A stretch of 64,000 bases of DNA from Lingula anatina (Eukaryota; Animalia; Brachiopoda): assembly GCA_051362555.1 (NCBI GenBank), contig CM120646.1, positions 12,524,001 to 12,588,000 on the forward strand, written 5' to 3'. The stretch's first letter is position 1. Every line of letters starts with the position of its first letter. The notes beneath the pieces are model-generated. The model made no database searches. It was given only the letters and a program-made list of their open reading frames with translations, and was not told the origin of the DNA. Shown one piece after another: positions 52,715 through 64,000 of the stretch. A program made the position numbers and the translations under genes.

Positions 52715-55700
52715 CAGCTAGGCCAATAAGACCGTTCACAGTAGGTCACGGTCAGTGCGACCGTGACTCCTGATAACCCCCACGTGGATAATAACAGGGC
52801 AAATAGCGACAGTTTAAGCTGTTAAGTTATAAATCGTAACCATCTCGGACTCCCCGCTGTCTACATCGTGTCCCGTCAAGCAGCCTGTGCAATCATACGC
52901 CCCGCTAGTCCCAAGCATTGTTCTGGTGTAGAACGGCACGTGCCCTTTGTTAAGACATGGAAGACTAAATGTTGGGTTTAACCATGGTTCAAGCACTGAC
53001 GATATTTCTGTTTATTCACCGCATTCCAAACTTCGTAGACATTTTCAAAAATAGAATTTTGTAATTGAATGAAATATAATTAATTTACCGATGTTGCCCT
53101 TTCATCTTAATTTTGGCTTCTAAAGGTGAAACGATAAGATTCACGATAACATGCTCAAGCCAATTGAAAAAGTGAAGTATGAATGAAGGGCTAGATTAAT
53201 TAGACAGCTTGATTTAGGTTTGTCAACTGCCACATCGACACGCGCTACCTGTGAGCGTGTGCCTTTACATGTACACTCATTAGGCGTTCTGAAATAATTA
53301 AATACTTTTGATTTCATAAGTCAAATGTGTTGATTATTACAAAATGACAAAAATGAAATAAAAAATACGTGCAACTAATCACCTGCTGTAAAAAGTTTTA
53401 ATTACGTGTTTGGTTGAAATTCGTTTAAATTTCAAGTTTGATGAAACAGCGTTATCATAGCAAAAGATGCAATCTTTTCTGTACACTGCTGTTTAGAGTA
53501 TATACAATTGATTGGTTGGTTGTTAATGTGCACTGTATTTAATGATATTTCTTGTTTATCCCTTGACTTTGAGTGCAGAAATCCTGCTGAAGCGGTGCGA
53601 AGTGCATACAATAAAATCGCCCTGGCTCTCTCGAAAAAGTATACCCCCCCCCCCCGCCCCATATTTATTTAACCATTTCGCCTCTTCAGCCCTGATTGTT
53701 ACATTTAACATCAATAGGAAAGATGTGAATTAAATTTCTTGTTGCTAAACCCAGTGACATTAATATAAGGTTGTTTTAATAGTACATAAAATCGCACCAA
53801 GACCTTATTGGAGTACATATATATAATTACACCCTTTACAGCAACCGGACCCCTTAATTGATGTACACTGTACAATGCACGTATATACACTGCAATTGCC
53901 GCTTTCACCTCCTTTATTGTTCTGTATGAAAAGAAAGGAAGTTGTTTGAGTTTAGTTCAATAAAGGCAGTCCCTTAGTCCGAGGTGCACAGCTTTTAGCT
54001 TCTGTTGCAGATGATTTAACTTAAAATAAATTAATTGATATGCTGCTTTTTCTTTAGGGACTTTTAATTAGGCCACATTTGGAGTAAATATGAAATTATA
54101 CTTGAAACATCTAAGTGAAATCTATCTTGACGTCCTGACAGATGTGATTAGATAAACGTTTATGTACGAACGTTGCTTAGTACTGTATAGCCAATGCACA
54201 TCTCCCGTCTCGACACAATGAAGAGATAACTTTGAGGGAAATTGTCAAGACTCTTTCTTCTATCATACCGGTATATTAATTATCGACGGAGACGCACGAC
54301 CAGAAATTACCTCGTTTCGATGTTTAACGCACTAATGTAGATCAAATTAACCTTTTCAGGTCTATGCCTGACATCACTTAACAAAACTCCAGCATAACAT
54401 TGATTGCCAAGTGTGGTTGTTTTATGTCGGCGACACCATTTCAACCTTTGTAAAGAGTGACTTACTGCATTTCTTCAGGAATGCGGGCTATAAGCAAGCA
54501 AAATGATATACAGTATTTGCCCTTATAAATGCATTTGTATTTAAATATTTAGAATAGACTATTAGTGATAAAGTTGTTTTGAGACTGCCTGTTTTTCAAA
54601 ATGTCCTCAACATTCCTCATATAAAGATGATAGTTGTAGAGAGAATTGTGCGCGATATATTTCGAGAGGAGAATAAATACGTACGTAAGTACATGTATAC
54701 ACAAGTACAGTTAATGTACGCTGCAGGAACAGGAAAATATTTCGGCGTCATTCTTCAAATATCAACTGTACAAGTGAGTCCCTTTTTGATGCTTTTTAAG
54801 TTTCAATACAAGTAAATGACTGTCCCACAGACCAGTTGTACAAATGTTTTTCGATTTTTTCTTAAATATGTATGTTTACATGTGTGGTGTATCAAACTCC
54901 ATCGCATTAAAGGATGAGACCAGCTTGTGACCACCATTGCAGATAAAATCGCAACTATATTGTAGGGCTTCTTATCTGATGCACGTTTGCACGTTGTAAT
55001 TGCTCCTTTCGCCCCCGTTATTGTTCTCTCGGAAAAGAAAGGAAGTTGTCTTTGTCTTCAATACGTTTGAGCTTAGGCAGTCCCTTAGTCCCAGGTGCAC
55101 AGCTTTTAGCCTCTGTTGCAGATGATTTTATTTAAACTGAATTAATTGATATACTGATTTTTTCTTAATGCAATTATAAGTAAGCAACATTCAGAATATA
55201 TATGTAACAATTATTACACTTGATACATCGTAGTGAAATCTATCTTGTCGTCTTGACAAATGTGTGTATATTTGTTTGTGGACCTTTAACGGTGCTGGAG
55301 AGGGTACACATTTGCACCCATCTTAGTGTCATGAAGAGTTTACTTCCTTATCTCTGTAGTGGCGATGCTCTTCATAGTAATTTTTTTAATATCATTCAAC
55401 TAGAAAAAAGACATTTTCATAAATTAACCAAGGCTTATAAACACGTCCTGAAATAATGATAATGTACAGCGTATTTAATTTTTTTGTTTATTTTTATTGA
55501 CTTGTAGATTGAGTGTTATGTTGCCAAATACTATTATTTGCAGACAGATATGGAGTGGTAGAGTGCGATAATGGTGGAGTCGTTAGTGTCGACACGTCAA
55601 AGTCATACTATCATTTTTTATTTATTCTCTTCAAATTGAGCGTTGGTTTGTGTTTACACTTGTTTATTTAAGTGAATATGCTGTTAATTGTATTTTCTGC

Positions 55701-56043
55701 TAAACCCGCTTTATATATTCCCGTTTAACTGACGAAGTACAGTAAGTAGATGCTTTGATTTTTGAAGTAATAAGAAGCGGTGCAATATTTACCGAACAGC
55801 AATTAGCGGCTATTAATGACATCACGCCTAAATGCACACGCTTCCTGAATAAGACGGTCGCCCTCTGCCTGGTTGAGAGATCGGGACACGCTCTCCTGCA
55901 ACGCGACTGGCTAAATATCCATTGTTAAACGATCCTCCTACTTCCATTGTTCAAAAAGTGGGCGGTAGGCTTGGTCACGGTGAAGAGTAACCGTGTTCGT
56001 AGACACGATCACGGTAGTGAGAACAGATTAAAAAGCCTAGCTG
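52715..56043. mobile_element. Putative 3.3-kb non-autonomous TIR element, TA target duplication, with an internal ~270-bp direct repeat
   Basis: TA|cagctaggc...cacggtc..gaccgtgac at the left; gtcacggtg..accgtg...gcctagctg|TA at the right. 53880-54150 resembles 54990-55260. Confidence 0.55.
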
Positions 56044-57361
56044 TATATACTCTACATATATTTAGCCATCAAACATGTCCTACTGCTAAACACATCCAGG
56101 CTAAAAGGGTGTACCATGCTTAGGTGCAAAACATGCTTACACGGTAGGAGCTAAATGTGTTGAAAAAAATCAGACAAAGCAGGCACTTGGATGTTTTTAC
56201 AGTGTACGTTGTAATTGTGTACTTGTGTTTTGTACCAAAAATAAAAACATTTCAGGTCATAATGTCTTTTCATGCAAGAATGTTGTCTAACAACTAAGGT
56301 TGATACAATGTTGTTATCTGACGTTGATCCAACTTTCAAATCCAACGTTTATCCAACATCTTATCAACGTTATGGTTCAACGTTGGGTTATTGACCAGTG
56401 TTTTATTGTAGCTCATCACGGCCACGGAACAAAACGAAGCATATATCAACAGGCATTTCATTTATTTATGTTGTTTTAGGACCTTTCCGTTCTTTTCCCG
56501 TTCTTTCTTTCAAAAACCCAGATCTCATATAAAGAATGTGAATGTATAGTCCGATGTGTCGCTACCAACTAACTGACTACCATAATATGCAGTGGTTGAA
56601 TTGGGTAGTGCTGCTTTGGGCTTGTCGAAGCTTGGCTATGGCGAAACATAGTTCTGGTTTCAACTACTACATAGAACCCTTTGCAATTTTGATTGTTAGT
56701 GGTCGGTTTTGCAGTTTGTAAAATGAGCTAAGCAGCATTTTACAAAATTGTTAATTTGTGGTAGAATGGCGCGAAAAAGACAGACATTGCCAGACAGATA
56801 AAGATTTTTGTGTCACACGGAACGGTACGTACTGTATGTCTTTATATATCAAATCCTTATTACGCAAATGAATAGTCTTCTATGAATGAGTAGTAAACAA
56901 GTAAGAGCAAAAGGAAACCAAATAAGAATGCAGCTGAATATTATTATTCTACGCAATCAGAAGTAATTGAATACGCATTTATAAATGACTTTTTGTTTCT
57001 TTAAAATAAATTTTAAGACCGAGGTCAAATTCCCCAAGATCAACTTTGTCTTCAACTGTGGTGATGAAATCGTGTCAATGCTTCTTTTTTCGGACAAAAC
57101 GTCCCTGGAAATTTGATCACCTTTGAGGCAGAATTGTCAAGTCAATGAACATATATTATCCAACACATTTAATCATTTGGAGCAAAGTGTGGCGTTTACA
57201 GTGCCCATATTTATGGTACAGTATTCCATTAAAATCAGATTAAAAAGCATTACCACAGGACGCACACTAAAAACGTTAATAGTACAATGAACGTATAGTC
57301 TATATTTAAAATATATTTGGGTTAACCCTTTCCTTGCATACCTGCCTCTATCAGTGCCATT

Positions 57362-58925
57362 TTATACACTCACTGCATCAGTACCATCACCAGCTTCATC
57401 TGTCACTGATCGTTTGTTTGAACATTCACATCTAGTAGGGACATAACCTAGTCCAAATTTCATTCTGAAAATAAATATAATTTATATTTTCCCTCCATTT
57501 TTGCTGAAACTTAAAATTATATCTTAAACTTGTAAATGATTTACCATACATAAGTATCATTCATATGATGATATTTAACTTAATGTATTTTGAATCCGTA
57601 AATTCAAGACACGTTAAATGCTTGAATGCCAGACAATATTTCTTTCTAATAGACGTACTTTTTATCCCTGTGTATGCCACCGCAGTCTTTTCGACATCCT
57701 CCATCACAAGAACAGCCGAAAATATTGCAACTCCCATATCCGCAAAACGGAGTCCCCTGAAATAATGTTGATAGTTCTATTCACCGTTAAGATGTAACTA
57801 CATGTATGTTTGGGTTGTATTCTCCCACCGGGAACGTTCCCTTATTTAAAATATACCTTTAATTTTACAAACCAGGTATTATTGCATTTCTATTGAGTAT
57901 GAAATTTAGTACATTAATTATGTACGTGCGGCAAGTGATCAATGAATAAAATAAACATAACTTATTTGTATGTTAGACGGAACACTTATTAATTGCTGCA
58001 GAAATACTGAAGTTACTGTTCACAACTGGAAAAAACACATTGGTATTCGCTATGTCCCATTTTTAATGAATATAAGAATAGAAGTTCTGGAAAAGTATTG
58101 ATGGTCATAAAAATAGTATCTGGTGCTGAGGAATGAATGGCACCCACGATGTTCATCGTGTCAGACCAAGGCCTAGTCGTTGTGGTAATCAACCTATAAG
58201 AGGCTATATCATTCTCATGTCAATAAAACAATAAATAATGTTATTTCTGCCATACAGCTACCTATGATGTATCGGCAATCACGGTCAAATCAGACATGGC
58301 AGTGAATATCCCTCATTTTAAGATGATCAATTTTTTTTTTTGCATTTCTGAAAATTAGGATGATGTCTGACAATGCCAACAAAGGTTCCCCTTTCTCATT
58401 AGTAGAGGAAAAACAGAAGTCACTAGTGGGCTTTATTCGGTCTTAAAGTGCAATTTTAGGTCACAGCAATAGTCTTAAAATCCTTTTAAGATACAAAATT
58501 ATCTAATATTTACGTAGGTGGTCAAGCAATGTTCTCCCCTAACAATGGAGAATACCTCCCCTCACGGAAGGAGAACATGTGTGGGGAGACGGTTGCATTT
58601 CAACTTAATTGCAAATCAACCCAGTTATGATCTTACTCATGGTTTAAGACCATGTAAGATTGTTTGTGATCTGAAATTGCACTTTAAGACCAATCAGGCG
58701 CACTAGTGTGTGAACTAGTACAATCACGCTAATTAACATGTACAAAAAATCGTATGTAATATCTTAAAAGAAAAAATAATAATTTCAACAGGCTTCATGA
58801 CTCCTTACCTTAGTGCAGTCTCCACAGAAACCAAAAGACATAAAGCAACAATCTGTTTCTGTTTCTTTAATGACAACAGCTGTTAGACACATTGCCAACA
58901 GTAAGCCAACTAGAGATCCGGTCAT
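57362..58925 (-). CDS. Divergent mytimycin-like 12-Cys peptide precursor, copy 7 (105 aa; stops in exon 3)
   Basis: Exons 58925-58809, 57756-57659, 57464-57362. MTGSLVGLLLAMCLTAVVIKETET-DCCFMSFGFCGDCTKGTPFCGYGSCNIFGCSCDGGCRKDCGGIHRDKKMKFGLGYVPTRCECSN-KR-SVTDEAGDGTDAVSV*. The homolog of exon 4 persists at about 57104-56980. Confidence 0.85.
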
Positions 58926-59408
58926 CTTCTGAAATGACAGACAAAAATCTGACCATATATTCTATATACAACATAATATTTTATAAAGATCGCGCAGAAT
59001 AATTATATACTCCGTGAGCAAAACAAGTTTTACCTCTAATGCGATGTAAAGAATGATACAGTAATGTATGTCATGAGCCAATTTATATTACTTCTAAAAT
59101 GAATTTTCCCTAAAAAACAATAAGGACATAGTAACAAGAGTCGAGTGCATTTTCCAGCCTTTGTACATGTTTATAAAGTATACATATTTTCTTCAGGTGG
59201 AATTGGATCGGGCGTAAGGCTAAGGGATCTGCCTCTCTGGATTTCTTAAAACGTATCTACAAATCTGCAATACGCTACGATTTGTAGTGAATGCTTTCCT
59301 ATGGGGTCAACTAAATATTTTTGAACTCCGTTTTATGGTTCTAAATGTACGTAATTAGCCATTTTATCTGCTTGCCCATGGTACCCTATTGTTAACTCCC
59401 AATGAACA

Positions 59409-59530
59409 GTACTTACACTTAAATTGCAGTTCCACTTGACGAATACAACCAACCATAAAATATCCTCTTGTAGTCTTTGTTACTGCAGAGAACAGAATGA
59501 ATAATGGTAATCATGTCATATATATAGAGA
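59409..59530 (-). promoter_or_regulatory. Putative TATA/Inr promoter and non-coding exon 1 of copy 7
   Basis: On the reverse strand ctatatatatg lies about 25 nt upstream of tcattc, followed by a gtaagt donor at 59414. Confidence 0.55.
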
Positions 59531-60069
59531 CACCAAAAACTTAGTGGTAATACAATCACTAAAAATGCTGGTAGCCTAGGTTGCTTTTTGTAGTTTTGTA
59601 AAGGAAAGCTGGTGGTTTTATTTTCCAGGTTGCCTTTTTTTTCAAACAATGCAAAATCATGTGCAGTTAGGATACTTAAGTTCTGGATAGGTTTAATGAC
59701 TTTTAGTCTTTGGAGATGTTGGAAAGCACTATTTTCTAAATATCTCACTGTCAAATAAAACTTTGATCATCAGGATAGTGAAAATAACTATCTGGTCATA
59801 GCCATTGAAATAAGCTAATGGAGAATAAATTTACGTCAGTTTCCGCCGAACAGCTCAACTCCTTTTCTACTAACAACCCCACTTTACACTATTAGTTACT
59901 GGTGTACATGTATGCACATATAATTGTTTGGGGTTATGAGTATTTCTGCTGGCTTCCAGCGCGCAAGCTTTTCCCAGCTGACGAGAAAATTCTGTGCCAG
60001 GACTTTGACACTGAAAATCTTATCAGACCCAGCGGAGAAGTTCGCCGGTCCTAAAATAACCAGATTAAG

Positions 60070-60385
60070 ACTGGGTTCCCATACTTAGATCGATCCATCT
60101 GGATCGACCTACCTCCCTAGGGGATCACGCTAAAGTGCTATAAGCTCAAGAGGCTTAGGGTGCATTCCCAGATATTTAGATCGATCCAGAGATTTAGATT
60201 TAGATCGACCTAACTCCCTGGGGGTTCACGCTAAATTGCAGTCAGCCGAGCGCGCACCATAGTTAATTACCCCCTTACAGCTTTTAGTAGGCGGGACAGA
60301 CGCTTAAGCCGGCTAAGCTGACAGTAATCTAGAGATACCCCCCACAGGGATAGATCGATCTAAGATCTATGGGAATTGGGCCTTA
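60070..60385. mobile_element. Palindromic MITE-like element (tagatcgatc repeats)
   Basis: Inverted ends ttcccata.ttagatcgatc / gatcgatctaagatctatgggaa. Partial copies lie at 60575-60695 and 33735-33920. Confidence 0.7.
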
Positions 60386-62213
60386 AATGTCTGTGACGCC
60401 TACCGAATCAGCTAGGGGTAAAGATAGGGAAGGGTGGGGCTAGTCCGCATCATTTTCATAAAAATTAAATGAGAAACATACTATTATCGTCAGGCTCCTA
60501 GAAATTTGTCAGAAGGAAGGAGGGCGTGATTCATGGTTTCACTTTCGAGATATTGGGGTGTGCGAACTTGCCCCACCCTCCCCTAATTACCCCCTAACAG
60601 TTTTACTAGGCGTAACAAACATTTAAATTAAGTTGACAGCAATTTAGTGAGACTCACCAGGGAGATAGATCGATCCAAATATCTGTGGGTATGGTAAGTT
60701 AGGATGTGTTTTCACTGCGTGTCGGCACAATGGGACTCCTCTCAAATATCATGTACTCTGGAAATGAGACACAACTGGGTGCAGATTCCGGTAATACGTA
60801 CACTGAACAAAAATATAAACGCACGAAACTAAAATAGTGAGTTGAAATGGATAACATTGAAATATGCCCAGGTTGATGGTTTATTTTTGAATTTGTCTGT
60901 CTCTCTGCTTTTCTAAAATTTGTAAAATCTACAATTTGTAAAGGAAAAATTGTGTTTATATTTCCCAGGTTGCTTTTTTTTTCAAACAATGCAAAACATG
61001 TGCAGTTAGGATACTTTTTTTTTTGGATAGTTTTAATGACTTTTAATTATCACAAAAGTTGGAAAGCACCATTTTCTTAATATCTCAGTGCACTGTCAAA
61101 TGAAACTTTGTTCATCAGAATAGGGAAAAAGCTATCTGGTCATAGCCATAAGACTTGTTGTTATTCATTTTGAAATAAGGTAATGGAGAATAATTTTTCG
61201 TCAGTTTCCGCCTAACTTTACACTATTAGTCACTGGTGTACATGGGTGCACATATAATTGTTTGGGGATATGAGGATTTTTGCTGGCTTCCATAGCACAT
61301 GCTTTTCCCAGCTGACGAGAAAATTCTGTCTGGAGTTTGACACTGAATATCTTATCAGAGCCAGCTGAGAAGTTCCCTGGTCCTAAAATAACCCGATTAA
61401 GTTTGAGCGTGTTTTCATTGCGTGTCGGCACAATGGGACTTCCTCTCATGTACTCTGGAAATGAGGCACAACTGGGTTCAGATTCCTAAGGTAACGCGTA
61501 CATGTAACAACAAACCAATCAAAAATGGTTCATCTATCCGCATGCCTCTTTAATTTAAATAAACTACCAAATCAAGCAAAGGCAGTTATTTGGGACAACG
61601 ATATATATTGGTCCTGATCTCAAGGAACTTTCAAAGAAACTGCATTTCCAAAGAGGATGTCATTGGGAACTATAGCCTTATCCTAGGACCCATTAGACAA
61701 CATATCCAACTGGACTAATTTCCATTTTAAAAAATCAAAGACTTAAGCAAAATACCAACTTTTGGGGTGGGTTCAGACAAGTTTAATTTCTCCTCTAGCG
61801 CATTCGAACTGTAAAATATTTGCCGACTCCTGGTCAAATACCACCCAGTATCTAGTTGAATTGAAGCCTAAGATTTGAATGCTTTGAGAGATAGGTCCTC
61901 TGTTTATAGACTAACTACTGCACGAAGTAAAATTAAGGTGGGGTGAAAGTTGGTCACTGTTCTATAAAATCAGTTGTCTTGAATCTCGATTCTTACTTTG
62001 ATTCTATACACAAAAACCGAATGCAGATTCGAACATCGTATTGTAAAACATTTATTTTTAGGCTTTTAAATAGATGGCAATTATTATACCCATTCAGTTT
62101 AATTATAGGATGAAATGTGTCTTAAGAGAAATCAAAACATGTTCTTTTCAAATCAAAATACGGCCATTTAACGTAAACTGCCAACGCTTGTAAAGATTAA
62201 GTTGCGCGTCATT

Positions 62214-63366
62214 TTACTCGTCCTGACGACAGTGGTTAATGTTCCTGTCCAGCTTCAAGGAAGGTTCTTCGCACCTGGCCTTGACAAAGTCACATCTGGA
62301 AATGATATAAATATATTTTAACATTATGTTTTTTGATAGAATCTAAAACTTGCAAAAATTGATCATGCATATTTGTGCGCCGGTGCCATAATTATTTTTT
62401 AATAACTGTAAGATGAATTATGCATTTCATAATTTTACAGTGTTTAATGAGAGCACACTACTGCATGTGAGAATATATATAATTATGATTTAAAATTTAA
62501 GTATGTAAATTGTTTATGGTGCAAGCTCACGGCGCATTCACTCACCCAGTTGTGTACATTTTCCCGTTACTGGCGCAAAGCCTCGTGGGGCGGTTCAGTC
62601 TGTCGGAGCAGCCATCTGTCTCAATCTTCTGGCATATGTCTACGGATGGTCTTGTGGGGCGAGGAGGTCTCGTGGGCGGAGGCAGTCTGGTGACGTTACT
62701 GAGCACGTTCACCTGGCTCTGGCAGTGCCTGATGTTCCAGTCAACTCTCAAAGCAGGATCCTCACATCTTGCCTTGGTGAAATCACAACTGTAAAGTAAT
62801 ATAAGTTTATGTTTAAGCAAAATCAACGCTGCTTATGCATACATGCAAACTTTTGGATATTTTGAAAATAGATGACAGACTTATTTGATCCAAATAAATC
62901 AAAATACAAATTATCTTATTCATCTCGATACAGTGTACCTGTGAGTTTATGTATACTGGGGTTCGTTGAACAGTAAGAATAAGTGCTTCACGTACACGTT
63001 CACATGTGTCTTAATGACTTGATCAGCACTTACAACTGCAAATGAAAACAGTTGCGGTTACGTTTTCAAAATGATTTTTTTTCAAAGGTAATGTTGCAAG
63101 TTGATGGCGCTACTTTTACTCACCTGGTTGTGTACATTTTCCCATTACTGGCGCAAAGTCTTATGGGGCGGTTCATCCTGTCGGAGCAGCCGTCCTGCTC
63201 AATCCTCTGGCATATGTCTACGGATGGTCTTGTGGGACGAGGAGGTCTCGTGGGTGGAGGGAGTCTGGTGACGTTGCTGAGCACGTTCACCTGGCTCTGG
63301 CAGTGTCTGATGTTCCTGTCAATTTTCAAGGTAGCATCTTCGCATCTCGCTTTGAAGAAGTCACAA
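62214..63366 (-). CDS. 3' end of a multi-domain Kazal-type protease-inhibitor-like protein with Pro/Thr/Arg linkers (5' exons outside the window)
   Basis: Exons 63366-63124 and 62788-62546 (both 243 nt, phase 2-2, near-identical) and 62295-62214 (..CDFVKARCEEPSLKLDRNINHCRQDE*). Six-Cys pattern DIC-x6-C-x10-CASNGKMYTTxC-x6-C-x13-C. Confidence 0.85.
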
Positions 63367-63519
63367 CTGGAAAACAACAGTCAAGGTAACTTCTATACAC
63401 ATGCAATTTTCTTCTCTTCGTTTAGCAGTGACGTAGTTGTTGTTTTCAAAAAGGATTTTAAAAAACGTTTCTGACTCATTTTACCAGAATATTACAATAT
63501 TATAACAATATACAGACTT

Positions 63520-63980
63520 GGCATTTAATATGGAATATTTCAGTTTCGAATGTATGCCTAGGTAAAAATGCATCCTTTTTTCAAAAAACTCAGATCTCAT
63601 ATAAGATATGTGAATGGAGAAGTGTGTAGTCAGGTGTGTCACTTCCAATTCACTGAGTTCCAGGTTTGTTGCGCTGCTGCATTATGTAATATGCAGTGAT
63701 TTAATTGGGTAGTGCTCCTTTGGGCAGGTCAAAGCTTGGCTTTGGCAAAGCATGGTTCTTCCAAAAAAGTATCCATATGTCGGTAACTACTGCATAGAAG
63801 AATTTGAAATTTGGCATGCAAGTGGTCAGTTTTGCAAGGCGTAAAATGAGCTATGCACTGCTCCGCAAATTTGTTAATCTGCGGCAGAATGGCTCGAAAA
63901 TCCAGGCATTGCCAGACAGATAATTGCGCCAAACGAAACGGTCCGCACAGTTTTATAGAGTAATGTCCAGACTGATGCAC
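63520..63980. repeat. Interspersed repeat also found downstream of most peptide genes
   Basis: Homologous to 29460-29860, 39220-39480 and 56500-56830, and inverted to 12860-13130 and 20760-21200. Confidence 0.7.
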
Positions 63981-64000
63981 CTACACAGAGACCACACCCA

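Noticed and set aside
62510-63474. Plus-strand ORFs 62510-62794 and 63052-63474
   Set aside because: Antisense shadows of the Kazal exons; the splice signals and Cys pattern are on the minus strand.
1-64000. tRNA, rRNA or intact transposase/RT genes
   Set aside because: None recognisable by eye. All mobile elements seen are truncated or non-autonomous; covariance-model searches could not be run.

Overview
AT-rich, intron-rich animal DNA, probably from a marine invertebrate (species not determinable). The ORF track misses every real gene because all are spliced. Manual exon assembly gives three things. (1) The 5' part of a minus-strand TTLL4-like ATP-grasp ligase (11 exons visible, running off the left edge), with an apparent signal peptide and altered substrate-specificity motifs. 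(2) A cluster of seven paralogous secreted 12-cysteine mytimycin-like peptide precursor genes (10.9-58.9 kb; two on +, five on -). They share an invariant core, a hypervariable loop, an acidic propeptide with vestigial EF-hands, and often two promoter/first-exon modules. (3) The 3' end of a minus-strand multi-Kazal-domain gene built from duplicated 243-nt exons. The space between genes holds duplicated flanks, an inversion, LINE fragments, MITEs/TIR elements, a 140-bp minisatellite and microsatellites. The most interesting hypothesis, which is inference only, is a secretory-pathway TTLL-type ligase lying head-to-head with a diversifying defence-peptide array.
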